From IMG/VR virus record IMGVR_UViG_3300046499_000680, positions 19,202 to 83,201 of that record: DNA of 64,000 nucleotides; one strand, 5' to 3'. Below are positions 1 to 10,198 of the stretch, piece after piece (positions within the stretch are counted from its first letter, which is position 1; each line of letters starts with the position of its first letter). Origin of the DNA: a virus. The translations under genes and the position numbers were made by a program. The notes under the pieces are model-generated. The model ran no database searches. It was not told where the DNA came from and saw nothing but the letters and a program-made list of their open reading frames with translations.

Positions 1-87
1 CGACCTACCGCCTATCGCCAGTACACCTGGATCGGGAAAGTGAAACCGAACAACCTGGTCGAAAACGACATCTGGATCGAAGCCTAA
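1..87 (+). CDS. C-terminal fragment of a probable tail/fibre protein
   Basis: Frame 1 reads RPTAYRQYTWIGKVKPNNLVENDIWIEA*; TAA overlaps the next ATG. Confidence 0.5.
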   Translation, partial: RPTAYRQYTWIGKVKPNNLVENDIWIEA

Positions 88-1487
88 TGGTCCGCAATCT
101 CAACTGCAAAGGCTTCAGTCAGAACGCGAAACTCATCACCTCGATGGGGGGGATGGACGTGACCGGGGCGTCCTCCCTCGTCTTCCTGATGAAACCGGAA
201 GAAGAAAGCCGCTTCTACCAGCGGCAGAACGGTGCCAACGGAACGCAGTTCGTAGTCGCAGAAAACGGCGGTGAAGGGAAACCCAGCATCCTTACCGGCG
301 GTGGCACCGTGTTCTGCCCGACCAAATTGTATAAACGAAAAGAATGGGTGTTGCTGATCGTTCAGTTCCCCGGCGGGGCTGAAGCCAAACCGATCTTCCG
401 GGCCTACGGCTTCGCCAGCAAAACCTGGACTCACGCCGAAGGTGCGACCAACCTCAAAGCCCCGAAAACGACGGCGGGCGGCGAAGTCATCTTCGGTACC
501 AGCAAAGAAGTCGGCGGCAACTTCAAGATCGCGGCCTTCGCCCAGTACGCCATCAGCTTCACCCAGGCCGAAGCCGAAGCCTTCTCCTCGATGGCGACCA
601 TCGAAGCGATGGGGACGAAAAGCCCCGTCGCCTTCATCGACTTCGGCCAGCGCGAAGTCGCGCAGGGGATCAAGGACTGGTCCGGTAGCGGCGCGGCGCA
701 GACCTCCCAGGAAAACAGCGAAGTGATCGAAGAAGCGCCGCCGATCTTCTTCTCGCCCAGGATGCAGATCACCTGGCTGATCGTTACCGACAGCCTCAAA
801 CATGCCGCCCTGGAATCCTTCTTCACCGCGATCCCCTGGAACAACGGGGGCACCGGCACCTGGAGCGCGACCCTGGGCTGGGCGCCAGCCTCCTTCCTGA
901 ACTCGCCGACGATCGCCCAGGACCGGAGCGGCATCTACTTCAACACCACGACCTACACCGGCAGCGCGGCCGGGAATGCGGCGGCGGCCCTCCAGATCAG
1001 CACGAACATCGTGGCCGCAGAACGTACGCTCAACACCTGGATATTCCTCAACGCCAGCAAATCAACTCCGACGGGGTACCAGATCAGCGCGGTAGGTACG
1101 AACCCGGCCGTCACCAGCACCTACGACATCTACATCAAAGAGTGGAACGAAGGCGTCGAAGTCAAATCGGTGAAAGTCGCCTCGCAGCTCATCGAACCGA
1201 CGGGTGAATTCGCCATCGCTGTTTTCGGCGGCGTCGTCTACGGCTTCATCAGGAAACTCTCCAGCTCTGACTGGGTGCAGGTCGCGGAATTCAGCTCGAC
1301 CACGTTCACTGAAGGCCGAGCTGGGATCGGCGGCAACGGGTCCAACCCGAAGGTCCTGAACTTCCGGGGGGCGAACCTCGACGGTCCCTCCGGTGCCGCT
1401 GGCAAAACGGTCCAGGTCCTGAAGGAAGGCGCCTTGGTCAAAGCCAAACGGTGGGTTCTGCGAAGCGGCGAACTTGTCAACGCCTGA
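87..1487 (+). CDS. Probable minor tail / receptor-binding protein (beta-rich, LamG/ConA-like character)
   Basis: 466 aa rich in Gly/Thr/Ser and aromatics, coupled to both neighbours, at the end of the structural module. Confidence 0.55.
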   Translation: MVRNLNCKGFSQNAKLITSMGGMDVTGASSLVFLMKPEEESRFYQRQNGANGTQFVVAENGGEGKPSILTGGGTVFCPTKLYKRKEWVLLIVQFPGGAEAKPIFRAYGFASKTWTHAEGATNLKAPKTTAGGEVIFGTSKEVGGNFKIAAFAQYAISFTQAEAEAFSSMATIEAMGTKSPVAFIDFGQREVAQGIKDWSGSGAAQTSQENSEVIEEAPPIFFSPRMQITWLIVTDSLKHAALESFFTAIPWNNGGTGTWSATLGWAPASFLNSPTIAQDRSGIYFNTTTYTGSAAGNAAAALQISTNIVAAERTLNTWIFLNASKSTPTGYQISAVGTNPAVTSTYDIYIKEWNEGVEVKSVKVASQLIEPTGEFAIAVFGGVVYGFIRKLSSSDWVQVAEFSSTTFTEGRAGIGGNGSNPKVLNFRGANLDGPSGAAGKTVQVLKEGALVKAKRWVLRSGELVNA

Positions 1488-2950
1488 TGAAATACAACTT
1501 CACGAATGGCACCGACACGCAGAAAGAACAGTGGCGCCAGGCGGCCCACCGTTTGCTGCACCTGCCGTTCGATGAACTGCCTCTCAGCATCGAAGTCACG
1601 TTTGTCCCGTCGAGCAGCCTGAACAAACAGACCACGCTGGCGGAGACCAACTGGTCCTACGGGTCCAGCTTCTCGACCACCGAAGTGCGCAACGACGCGC
1701 CCACCTTCGGCTCCCTTGCCAGCCTGAAGGCCGAGGCGGCGGCCCTGGGTCTCACCTGGTCAACGGAGAAGTTCTACGCCGAGACCTCCGTGCATGAGCT
1801 TGGGCACGCCGCATATGCAGCGCTGCCGGAAGACGCGCGGATCGCGATCGCCAAAATGTTCGGAGCCAAATCGGACGACATCGAAGAACTGTCGGCGCCG
1901 AGCAAATGGCAGAACCGGATCATCGAGGGTATCGCGGAGACCTTCAAGGAGGCGTTCCTGCCTGCTCGCCACCGTGTGTTTCCAAACCGTACGAATAAGA
2001 AGATCGCCTACAGCCGCTTCCCCGAATTCAGGAAACTGTTCCGCTCCTACGAAACGATGGACGGTGGCGAAGGCGGCGAAGGCGGCGGTGGGTGGAAACC
2101 GCTGCCGAAAGCTGACACCGCGCGCATCGGCGACGACCTCCACAATGACCCCCTCGGCTTCGCCACCCCACGGGTCGGACTCTATGACCGCTATGAATGG
2201 GAAGGCAGCCCGATCGGCGGAGTACCGACCGAGCCGGTTCACTACATCTGGGGGTCACGGGCAAGCTCGAACTGGATGGGGCACGCCAACGAAAAACTCG
2301 AAGTGCGGCAGCCGATCGTGCCTCCCAACATGGCGTTCTTCGCCCCGACCGCTGAGTGGGCAGGAGGCTTCACCGAGGGGGAACCACCTGCATTCGGCTG
2401 GGTCAGTTGGAACGCTTGGCAGATGTCGGCCTTCATCGTGATCCGGGATGCCGCTGGCAAAGACTGGAGCATGGAAGTGTCACTCCAGATCATCCCCGAG
2501 GTCGAACAGAAACTCTTTGAATTCCAAACCGAACTGAAATGGTGGCTGGTTGGGCTGCGGAAGCTCCCGTTCCAGGAAACCCCCGAAACGTTGTACGGCT
2601 CCAGTGTCCTCTCGATCATCCTGGACGGTTGGGGGGTCAGCGGCGAGGAAATCTTCCAGGCATGGGAAGCCAAAGGGCAGACCATCACCCGCAACGAAGA
2701 CGGCAGCGACGTGTACTTCATGCGGGCTGGCGCGTTCTGCGCTTGCGGCAACGCAAACCTGCTGGCGCAGGTGCCGCCGCGCCGGACGATCGAAGCCGAG
2801 CCGCTGGAAGAAAACATGCTCGAACTCTGGGCGCGGCCCCTCGAAGCGACTGAAGAAGAAGGCACGAAAGTCAGCATGACCGCGCCCGGCGGATCGCTCG
2901 AACCGACCGGCTCCAAGAGCGGGCGCCACCTGCACCCAGTCGCCTCCTGA
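1487..2950 (+). CDS. Zincin metallopeptidase domain fused to a Trp-rich C-terminal domain
   Basis: HELGH motif, downstream EGIAETF (gluzincin-type third ligand), Gly linker DGGEGGEGGGG; ATG overlaps upstream TGA. Confidence 0.65.
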   Translation: MKYNFTNGTDTQKEQWRQAAHRLLHLPFDELPLSIEVTFVPSSSLNKQTTLAETNWSYGSSFSTTEVRNDAPTFGSLASLKAEAAALGLTWSTEKFYAETSVHELGHAAYAALPEDARIAIAKMFGAKSDDIEELSAPSKWQNRIIEGIAETFKEAFLPARHRVFPNRTNKKIAYSRFPEFRKLFRSYETMDGGEGGEGGGGWKPLPKADTARIGDDLHNDPLGFATPRVGLYDRYEWEGSPIGGVPTEPVHYIWGSRASSNWMGHANEKLEVRQPIVPPNMAFFAPTAEWAGGFTEGEPPAFGWVSWNAWQMSAFIVIRDAAGKDWSMEVSLQIIPEVEQKLFEFQTELKWWLVGLRKLPFQETPETLYGSSVLSIILDGWGVSGEEIFQAWEAKGQTITRNEDGSDVYFMRAGAFCACGNANLLAQVPPRRTIEAEPLEENMLELWARPLEATEEEGTKVSMTAPGGSLEPTGSKSGRHLHPVAS

Positions 2951-2954
2951 ACGA

Positions 2955-2982
2955 CGAAGGGCCGCCTCTCGGCGGCCCTTCG
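2955..2982. terminator. Hairpin between convergent genes (probable bidirectional terminator)
   Basis: Perfect 12-bp stem CGAAGGGCCGCC-tctc-GGCGGCCCTTCG. Confidence 0.75.
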
Positions 2983-3003
2983 ATGCGGCGGGAGAGCGAG
3001 GGG

Positions 3004-3483
3004 CTACGCCGGGGGCGCGCCCTCCGGCGGGGTCTCGCCCTCGGGCGGGGTGCCCTCGGCGGGCGGGGTCTCCCCGGCGGGCGGCTCGCCACCTTCGGCG
3101 GGCGGGACCTCGCCGCCGCCCTCGGGCGGAGCGGGCGGCGCGGCGGCGGTCGCCAGCGCGGTCGCCACGTCGGTCACCTTGCTGGTGATACCGTCGATCT
3201 GCTCCTGCGTGATCTCTCCGGCGGTGAGCTGCGCTACCTCGTCCTTCAGGGCGGTCAGCTCGGCCACGGCCGCGCCCTCCGCCGCCGCGAGGGCGTCCAC
3301 CGCCGCTTCGAGTCCTTCGACGTTTGCCATCAGTCGGTTCACCTTTCTGTGCAGGGCGCCGAGGGACAGCAGGATCAGACGGACCTCGGGGCCAAGGTTG
3401 ATCTCGATGTCGATCTCGATCTCCTCCAGCTCCTCCGACCGGCAACCCAACTGCTCCAGGATGCGCCTCTCGTTGTCGTTCAT
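3004..3483 (-). CDS. Coiled-coil protein with Pro/Glu/Gly-rich tail
   Basis: MNDNERRILEQ...; heptad region then PPAEGG repeats; -10-like TATGGT 7 nt before the ATG (leaderless). Confidence 0.7.
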   Translation of the reverse strand: MNDNERRILEQLGCRSEELEEIEIDIEINLGPEVRLILLSLGALHRKVNRLMANVEGLEAAVDALAAAEGAAVAELTALKDEVAQLTAGEITQEQIDGITSKVTDVATALATAAAPPAPPEGGGEVPPAEGGEPPAGETPPAEGTPPEGETPPEGAPPA

Positions 3484-3615
3484 CCGGGGCACCATACCCC
3501 CTCGCAGCGACGACGCGGTGAACAGCTTGTCGCGATTTGCGGGATCGAGCCTGGTGGCGTCGTGGGCGCCCGCTACTGTCGTCGGCCCAGACAGGCCCAG
3601 CGAAGGAGACAGGCG

Positions 3616-4680
3616 ATGGCAGATGCGGTGGATGCGACCCTTGAGCGGCGGATAGGCCAGGAGGGCAGCCGCTGGTACAACGCTCCTCCGACCGGCGCCG
3701 AACTCGCCAAGTGGTTCGAGGAGAACGTCCCGCTGCACGACGGTCTGGTGCCGAAACCTTACGTCCCCGGCGTGACGATGATCCCGGCGACGGAGAAAGC
3801 CAAGACCGTCACCGGCTGGCAGGGCAACACCCCGATCATCCAGCAGATCGAGAACCTGGTTTTCGTCCCGTACGCGAAGGTCGAGACCAGGGTGAAGTAT
3901 TTCCACGACCTCATGGCGAAGCACGACGACTGGCTGGGTGTGATCGAGCCGGTCGCCACCGAGAAACAGGTCGCCACCCTCCCGAAAGGCTTCTTCCGCT
4001 TCCAGGTGCAGACCGACAAGGGGGTCGTGAACTACGTCTGCTGCACCATGAAGGTCACCGTCTTCGACCGCGAGAGCGTAACCGTCAAGGAGAGGTTGAA
4101 CCCCAAGACCGGCGAGCTGGAACGTTGGCGCGACGGAAAGACGATCATCGACTCCGCCCCCGCCACCAAGATGATCGCCACCCTCGATCGCTGGGGCGCC
4201 GATGACTACTCGCTGATGAAGGCCGAGACCGGCGCCGTCGGCCGCGCGCTCGGAATGGCTGGGATGCTCGTCATCCCCGGCACCGGGATCGCGACCGCCG
4301 AGGACATGCAGGAGGCCAGCGCGGCGGAGGGCCGCTCGACCCCGGCGCTCCCGGAGGAGACCGGCGAGGCGGCCCAGGCGCCACCCGTCACCACCCAGGA
4401 GGCGGCCGACCGCGAGGCCCTGACCGACGCCCGCCAGGAAGCCGTGCTGCTCCTCAACACGATCAAAGAGGAGTTCCCGCCGCTGTTCGAGGGCTTCCTG
4501 GAGTGGGCGAAAGAGCGGAAAATCGGCGAGGTCGGCAAACTCGATGACCTGCGCATCCTGCGCGGCATCGTCACCAAAGCCGAGCGCGAGCTGGCGGAGG
4601 CTCGGGAGAAACGGGCCGCCGACGCCAAGGCCGAGGCGCCCACCGTGGAAACTCCGGCCGCCGACGCCGACCAGGGCTGA
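3616..4680 (+). CDS. Sak/Rad52-like single-strand annealing protein
   Basis: AAGGAG RBS; motifs YAKVETRVKYF and KAETGAVGRALG...IATAEDM; near the exonuclease. Confidence 0.65.
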   Translation: MADAVDATLERRIGQEGSRWYNAPPTGAELAKWFEENVPLHDGLVPKPYVPGVTMIPATEKAKTVTGWQGNTPIIQQIENLVFVPYAKVETRVKYFHDLMAKHDDWLGVIEPVATEKQVATLPKGFFRFQVQTDKGVVNYVCCTMKVTVFDRESVTVKERLNPKTGELERWRDGKTIIDSAPATKMIATLDRWGADDYSLMKAETGAVGRALGMAGMLVIPGTGIATAEDMQEASAAEGRSTPALPEETGEAAQAPPVTTQEAADREALTDARQEAVLLLNTIKEEFPPLFEGFLEWAKERKIGEVGKLDDLRILRGIVTKAERELAEAREKRAADAKAEAPTVETPAADADQG

Positions 4681-4781
4681 AACGGGAGAGGCCCGATGAC
4701 GAATGAAACGCCACCGGGCCTCTTGCAGAGCGCAGCCCGCGAAAGCTGCTGGTCGGATCGGAAAGCTATAGGTGCGTTCGG

Positions 4782-5276
4782 ATGAACTTTCGACTGGAGT
4801 TGGCCGAAACGCCGCCGAGCCTCAACCGCTTCGGCTCCGTCGGCGGCGGGACCTACTACCTCTACACCCGGCTGAAGAAGGAATGGCAGCAGACGCTCGG
4901 GGTCGCTCTGATGGCGGCCGGGGTGCCGCGCGGGATGGGGAAGGTCACGGCGACGGCGACGATGCGCTTCAGCACCCGCCGCAAGCGCGACGAGGGCAAC
5001 TTCCGCTTCATGCTGGAGAAGGTCCTGGGCGACACGCTGGTGAACGGCGGCTGGCTGGAGGACGACACCGAGGGCGCCTTCACGTTCGGCGCCGTCACCT
5101 TCGATCCCGAGGTGGGCGATCCGCTGACCATCATCGACCTGGTGGTCGAGTCGCCAGACGAGGCTCGGCAAGCAGCGGCTGCCGTATCACCAAACGCGCA
5201 ACGGGAGTCGGGCGAAAAGCTATCGGCCCCATCAGCTTCGCCGGGCCGCCGCTGGCGCCGGAGGGTCAAGGGGTGA
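4782..5276 (+). CDS. rusA: RusA-like Holliday junction resolvase
   Basis: PPSLN start; RDEGN...K...D.L...G...DD catalytic pattern. Confidence 0.75.
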   Translation: MNFRLELAETPPSLNRFGSVGGGTYYLYTRLKKEWQQTLGVALMAAGVPRGMGKVTATATMRFSTRRKRDEGNFRFMLEKVLGDTLVNGGWLEDDTEGAFTFGAVTFDPEVGDPLTIIDLVVESPDEARQAAAAVSPNAQRESGEKLSAPSASPGRRWRRRVKG

Positions 5277-5485
5277 GCAGCTTGTTCCGCATCCCGGAGT
5301 TCGAGCCGCCGCCCGGCGAGCCGAGCTGGGCCGTGATCGGCGGCCTGGTCGCGGCGGCCGTCATCTGCGCGATCGTGATCCTGGTGGTCAGCGGCTGCGG
5401 CAGCCAGGACCCCTGCAAGGAACTGGTCGGCGTCATCAAGGGCATCCCGATCTTCCGCGACAAGCCCGGCTGCGTGGCGCCGTGA
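5273..5485 (+). CDS. Small membrane protein
   Basis: GTGA overlaps at both ends; hydrophobic WAVIGGLVAAAVICAIVILVVSGC. Confidence 0.6.
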   Translation: MSSLFRIPEFEPPPGEPSWAVIGGLVAAAVICAIVILVVSGCGSQDPCKELVGVIKGIPIFRDKPGCVAP

Positions 5486-6639
5486 AGATTCCGAGCAACC
5501 AGGTCGGGATTTCCGACATCAACACCTACCGCGACTGCCCGGTCCGCTTCGAGTATGCGATCCGGCGCTGGACGGAGGGGTCCGAGCCGCCGGAGCGAAA
5601 GCACCCCGACATCATGTACGGCTCGGCGATCCACCACGCGATCCACCTCATGGAGGCCGAGGTCCTGCCGATGGAGGAGGCGGTGCAGCGGGCCTTTGAC
5701 GAGTTCGCGGGCTACCTCGATCCCGAAGACATGCGGCGGCTGGAGGACGACCTGGCGACCTACGTGCGCCGCGACTACAAAGGCGTCCGCACCATCGCCA
5801 ACGAGACCGAAGTGCGGGTCCCGCTGTTCGTCGTCGGCGGCGAGACCATCCACTTCCGGGCGAAGCTCGATCGCGTCTACGAGCGCATCGCCCAGCCCGG
5901 CTCGTTCGTCCACATCGACTACAAGTCGTCCAAGTGGCGGAAGACGGAGCAGGAGGTCCACGAAGACATCCAGATGTGGGCCTACAACATGGCGATCTTC
6001 GAGTGGTGGCCGGAGTGTGATCGGTTGACGCAGGTGTACGACCAGCTCATGTACGGCGCCGTGCCGACGCGGAAGTCGGCGGCGCAGCGAGCGCAGATGA
6101 AAACCTGGCTGAAGCGTCAGGTTCGGGCGATCCTGAACAACACCAACCCCGAGCCGAAGTTCAACCAGTGGTGCCCTTACTGCGCGCTCCTCCCTGACTG
6201 CCCCGAGCCGAAGCGTACGGCGGAGTTTGCGGCAGCGCGGATCGCGGGCCTTGCACCGCCCGACCCGGAGAGCGGTAAGCTCGTCCTCGACCCCGACCTG
6301 ATGGACGTATATGTATCCGAGCTTCCCGAACTCAAAACCGCAAAGAAAGCGATCGAGGAGTTCGAGAAGGCGGTCACCAAAGCCCTCCAGGACATGCCCG
6401 AGGCGGTCCGGGCCTACCACGGCTACCGGCTCAAAGGCGGCCGGAAAATGGACGCCTGGACTCCCGAGGCGATGCGGATTGCGCACGAAGCCCTCGGCGA
6501 TGATTTCTACGCCCTCGTCAAGATGACTAAGACGCGCGCGAAAGAGTACCTGGGGGGGGACAAGGAAAAGCTGGAGCAGTTGCTGAACCTCGCCGAAAAA
6601 GAGGCGGGTAAGCCCTCCCTGGAGAAGCTAGGTGAGTAG
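5482..6639 (+). CDS. PD-(D/E)xK exonuclease, RecB/AddB/Cas4-like, with Fe-S cysteines
   Basis: YRDCP, GSAIH, KLDRV, IDYKS, CPYC...C. Confidence 0.85.
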   Translation: MKIPSNQVGISDINTYRDCPVRFEYAIRRWTEGSEPPERKHPDIMYGSAIHHAIHLMEAEVLPMEEAVQRAFDEFAGYLDPEDMRRLEDDLATYVRRDYKGVRTIANETEVRVPLFVVGGETIHFRAKLDRVYERIAQPGSFVHIDYKSSKWRKTEQEVHEDIQMWAYNMAIFEWWPECDRLTQVYDQLMYGAVPTRKSAAQRAQMKTWLKRQVRAILNNTNPEPKFNQWCPYCALLPDCPEPKRTAEFAAARIAGLAPPDPESGKLVLDPDLMDVYVSELPELKTAKKAIEEFEKAVTKALQDMPEAVRAYHGYRLKGGRKMDAWTPEAMRIAHEALGDDFYALVKMTKTRAKEYLGGDKEKLEQLLNLAEKEAGKPSLEKLGE

Positions 6640-6901
6640 GGCCTGGGACATCTGCTGGGGCGGCTGGAGTAAACGGCCATCGCATCCGAGAGGGGCGCGA
6701 TGACGAGCTAAAACGCAACGAGCCTCCCCGGTCTACTGGCTGGTAGCTGTGGGGAGGCCCGCGCATTGCACCGATCCGGTCGTTCCTTCGCCCTCCCACA
6801 TAGCAGGGTTGAAGCCCCGGCCTTTTCGGTGCCTGAAGGCTATCAGCACGGGTGCAGAAAAGCAGCAAAACGCGAAGAAAACTGGTCAACGGAGGTGCGG
6901 T

Positions 6902-7825
6902 ATGAGCGCAGAGGCAACGTCCTGGGCCTGGAGCCACGGACACACGGTCGAAGGCTCAGGGCAGCTATTGGTGCTGCTGGCCCTGGCAGAGCATGCAACC
7001 CCCGACGGAGAGTCTTTCCCCAACCGGCGCACGATCGCGCGGATGTGCGGGTTCTCTCCGAAACCGAGCGGGCAGGGCAACGTCACGAAGCACATGAACG
7101 CCCTCGAAGCCCTCGGCCTGATCGCGAAAGCGCCGCGATTTGAAGCCGAAAAAGCTGGTCGGCAGACCTCGAACATCTACCAACTCCAGTTGCAGCAATC
7201 GGGATCGACCCCCAGTGGCGCAGTAGCTACCCCCCCCGTATCTCCTGGGCCACCCCCCCCCGGTGCCCCCAGTAAACCCCTGGAACCCACTGCTTCTAAC
7301 CAAACAACGAACCAACAGACTGTGGGCGAGGATGTGAAAGAGGTGTACGGCCACTTCCTCACGATCTTCAAGCCGGACACGGCTCCAAAGCTCGGCCCTT
7401 CACTGATCCGTCAGATCGAAAAGGGCCTGAAGGAGTACGACGCCACCGCTCTCTGCCGCGCCGTCGAGGGACTGCGCGAGTGGCGGAAGCAGAAGCCGGG
7501 GAAGGAAACCCTGGGGGCCATCTTCGATACCTACCCCGGCGGCAAGCCTCTCACCGAGCAGATCGCGTTCTTCATCTCCCGGGCGAAAGGTTCAACCGGA
7601 GTCGGGCGAAGTTTTCCGTCCGCCGATCGTGCCATCGTCGCGGAGAAGCAGAGGCTGGTGCAGCGAGGCCACCGACTCCAGCAGAACGAGGAAGCGGTGA
7701 AACAGGCGAAGGAAGCAGAGGCATGGCTACGCGAACACGGGATCGGAACGACGCTCAAACCAGACGGCCACCCCGTGTTCGCCCCACTCGCAGCTCCCGA
7801 CGCCGACGCGGGGAGTGCCAGTTGA
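6902..7825 (+). CDS. HTH replication initiator
   Basis: GGAGG RBS; MSAEATSWAW...LVLLALAEHA...FPNRRTIA...TSNIY pattern; directly upstream of the helicase. Confidence 0.8.
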   Translation: MSAEATSWAWSHGHTVEGSGQLLVLLALAEHATPDGESFPNRRTIARMCGFSPKPSGQGNVTKHMNALEALGLIAKAPRFEAEKAGRQTSNIYQLQLQQSGSTPSGAVATPPVSPGPPPPGAPSKPLEPTASNQTTNQQTVGEDVKEVYGHFLTIFKPDTAPKLGPSLIRQIEKGLKEYDATALCRAVEGLREWRKQKPGKETLGAIFDTYPGGKPLTEQIAFFISRAKGSTGVGRSFPSADRAIVAEKQRLVQRGHRLQQNEEAVKQAKEAEAWLREHGIGTTLKPDGHPVFAPLAAPDADAGSAS

Positions 7826-9195
7826 CGCAGGTGAAACCTCCCCACTCCCTGGAGGCGGAGCGCGCCGTCCTCGGCAGGATTCTCGCCTACGGGGTGAAGG
7901 TTGCTGGCGAGGTCATCGAGACCAAGCTGGAGCCTCGACACTTCTACGTGCCCGCCCACCAGGTTCTCTACGAGGCCGTCTACGACGCCTACTACTCCGA
8001 CTCGCCCATCGAGCCGCTGGCGATCGGCGACTCGACCTCGAAGCGGCTGGCGAAGGTGTGGTCGTGCGACGAGCAGGATGCGCAGGTCCGGGTCCGGGAG
8101 CTGGCGACGGGCCAGACCTTCACCGGCTCGATCATCGACCACGCGAAAGTCGTCAAGCGGAAGTGGGACCTGCGGCAAATCCTGGAGGTCGCCGCGACGA
8201 TGCAGCACCAGGTCGCCGAGGAGCAGAAATCGCCCGAGGAAATCGCGGGCATCGCCTCCCAGGAATCCATGAAGATCGCGACCTCGACCCTCCTGACCCA
8301 TGAGCTGATCCAGTTCGGCGAGCTGGGCCGCCGGTTCGTCAAACGCGCCCGGCTGCTCCGCAAGGCCCGCGAAAGCGGCCTGGAGCTGGGCGCCTACACG
8401 GGCCTCGACTTCATCGACAAGTACACGCGCGGCATCCAGCCCGGCGAGCTGGTCATCGGCGGCGGCGAGCCGGGAGTCGGCAAGTCGGCGATCTGGTGGA
8501 AGGCCGGGATGGGCTTCGCCGAACGCCAGATGGCGAAGCCGGAGGAGGACCGGATCGGCACGTTCATCCTCTCACTGGAGATGTCGGAGCCGCCGTCGAG
8601 CGACCGCATCGCCTCCTCCGTCGCGTCGATCGACGGCGGGCGCATCCGCGAAGGCGACGTGGACGAAAACATGATGCGGACGATCATCTACGAGTGGGGG
8701 CGCAGGAAAGACATCCCCCTGATCTTCAACTTCACCTCGATGCTCAGGGCTTCGCAGCTCCGCGCGCTTGTTGTCGAGGCCATCCGCAAGTACAACGTCG
8801 GTCTGGTCGTCATCGACCACTTCCGCTACTTCGACATGGACAAGCGGCACCCGAACCAGGTGCAGGAGGACGAGGAAAAGGCCCGCTTCCTGAAGGAGGC
8901 GATCGCGAAGGAGCTGAACGTCGCCGTCGTCTGCCTCGCCCACACCACCAAGGGGATCGAGAACCAGCCGGACCGGCGGCCGACCCTCTCGCATCTTCGC
9001 GGCTCCGGCCAGGTCGCCGCGCACGCCGACTTCGTGAACTTCATGTACCGGCCTTACGCCTACGCCACCGACGAGCAGAAAGCACTGGGCGAAATCCGCG
9101 AAACCGACGCGGAGCTGATCTGGAAAAAGAACCGCCACGGCCTCGACGGGATCGCACCGTTCCACTTCGAGCCGTCAATCATGCACATCAAATAG
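7822..9195 (+). CDS. dnaB: DnaB-like replicative helicase
   Basis: PPHSLEAERAVLG, Walker A GEPGVGKS, SLEMS, VVIDH, LRGSG, KNRHG; TTG start overlaps upstream stop. Confidence 0.93.
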   Translation: MTQVKPPHSLEAERAVLGRILAYGVKVAGEVIETKLEPRHFYVPAHQVLYEAVYDAYYSDSPIEPLAIGDSTSKRLAKVWSCDEQDAQVRVRELATGQTFTGSIIDHAKVVKRKWDLRQILEVAATMQHQVAEEQKSPEEIAGIASQESMKIATSTLLTHELIQFGELGRRFVKRARLLRKARESGLELGAYTGLDFIDKYTRGIQPGELVIGGGEPGVGKSAIWWKAGMGFAERQMAKPEEDRIGTFILSLEMSEPPSSDRIASSVASIDGGRIREGDVDENMMRTIIYEWGRRKDIPLIFNFTSMLRASQLRALVVEAIRKYNVGLVVIDHFRYFDMDKRHPNQVQEDEEKARFLKEAIAKELNVAVVCLAHTTKGIENQPDRRPTLSHLRGSGQVAAHADFVNFMYRPYAYATDEQKALGEIRETDAELIWKKNRHGLDGIAPFHFEPSIMHIK

Positions 9196-9210
9196 AGAGG
9201 AAACGACCTG

Positions 9211-10194
9211 ATGGACGACACCGCAACCCACGTCGAGCCGACCCCCCCGGCCGAGGACGCTGCTCCCCCGGCCGAGCCGACCGGCGCCGAACCAGACCCC
9301 TTCGCCGAGATTCCCTCGGACCCGCTCGGCGAGGGCGGCGAGGAGCTGCCGCCCGGCGTCCAGCCCGGCAGTCTCGGGGGCGACAACCCCAGTGCCGAGG
9401 AGGCGGAGCGGGCCGCCCAGGCGGAGGCCGACGCCGCCGCCGAGGCCGAGGCCGACGCGGCGGCGGAGGAGCCGTTGGCCGAGGAGCCGATGGGCGGGGA
9501 GTTCCTGGAGGAACCGCCCGAGCCGGACGACCTCGCCGCCGACCCGCCGCCGGAGCCGGAGGCCGCGCCGCCGGTCGAGGAGCCGACCCCCGAGCCGGAC
9601 CCGCTGGCGGCCACCGACGACACGCCTCCAGCAGAAGCTGCAACTCCCGTTGAGGGTTCAGGGGGTTCCCCCCTTGGGGGGGACCCCCTGGGTTCCGACG
9701 GAGCGGACGTTTCGCCCCCGGCCGCCGAGCCGGACGCGGAGCCGGAGCCGCCCGCCGCGCCGCCCGCTGAGGACCCGCCGCTCCCGGCCAACCCGCCAGG
9801 GGATGGCGGCGAGACCCCGGCGGCGGCTGAGCCGGAGCCGGAGCCGAAACCGGCCAAACGGAAACGGAAACCGCGCAAAAAGAAGGCCGAGAAAGGCCGC
9901 CGGGGCTACGTGGTCCTGCGGCTCTCGGAGCGGACCGAGGCCGTGGTCGATGGGACCTTCTACCCGATCTGGGTCGAGGCGTTCGAGCGGGAGATTCCGA
10001 TCGGCGACGACGGCAGCGAGCCGGTCACGATCGACACGCGGTCGGGCGAAATGGCGCTCCGCAACGCCTACCGCAAACTCACCGAGAACGGTGAGGCCAC
10101 GATGGAGCTGGTCGCGATCCCGGCCAAGCTGTTCAACCCGAAGAAGGTGGAGGGCAAGGTCCCGGACAACGCCCTCACGATCAAAGTCCAGTAG
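9211..10194 (+). CDS. Acidic Pro-rich low-complexity protein with a C-terminal folded domain
   Basis: RBS; about 210 aa E/D/P/A-rich, then basic KRKRKPRKKK and a globular tail. Confidence 0.75.
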   Translation: MDDTATHVEPTPPAEDAAPPAEPTGAEPDPFAEIPSDPLGEGGEELPPGVQPGSLGGDNPSAEEAERAAQAEADAAAEAEADAAAEEPLAEEPMGGEFLEEPPEPDDLAADPPPEPEAAPPVEEPTPEPDPLAATDDTPPAEAATPVEGSGGSPLGGDPLGSDGADVSPPAAEPDAEPEPPAAPPAEDPPLPANPPGDGGETPAAAEPEPEPKPAKRKRKPRKKKAEKGRRGYVVLRLSERTEAVVDGTFYPIWVEAFEREIPIGDDGSEPVTIDTRSGEMALRNAYRKLTENGEATMELVAIPAKLFNPKKVEGKVPDNALTIKVQ

Positions 10195-10198
10195 TCGA

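Noticed and set aside
2983-3615. ORF-track N-terminal extensions (e.g. starts at 2983, 6749, 7480, 14008, 53067)
   Set aside because: They overlap other real genes or regulatory gaps; downstream starts have an RBS or stop/start coupling
5482-6639. Cas4-like nuclease as part of a CRISPR system
   Set aside because: No cas1/cas2 or repeat-spacer array; it lies beside an annealase and resolvase, as expected for a phage recombination exonuclease
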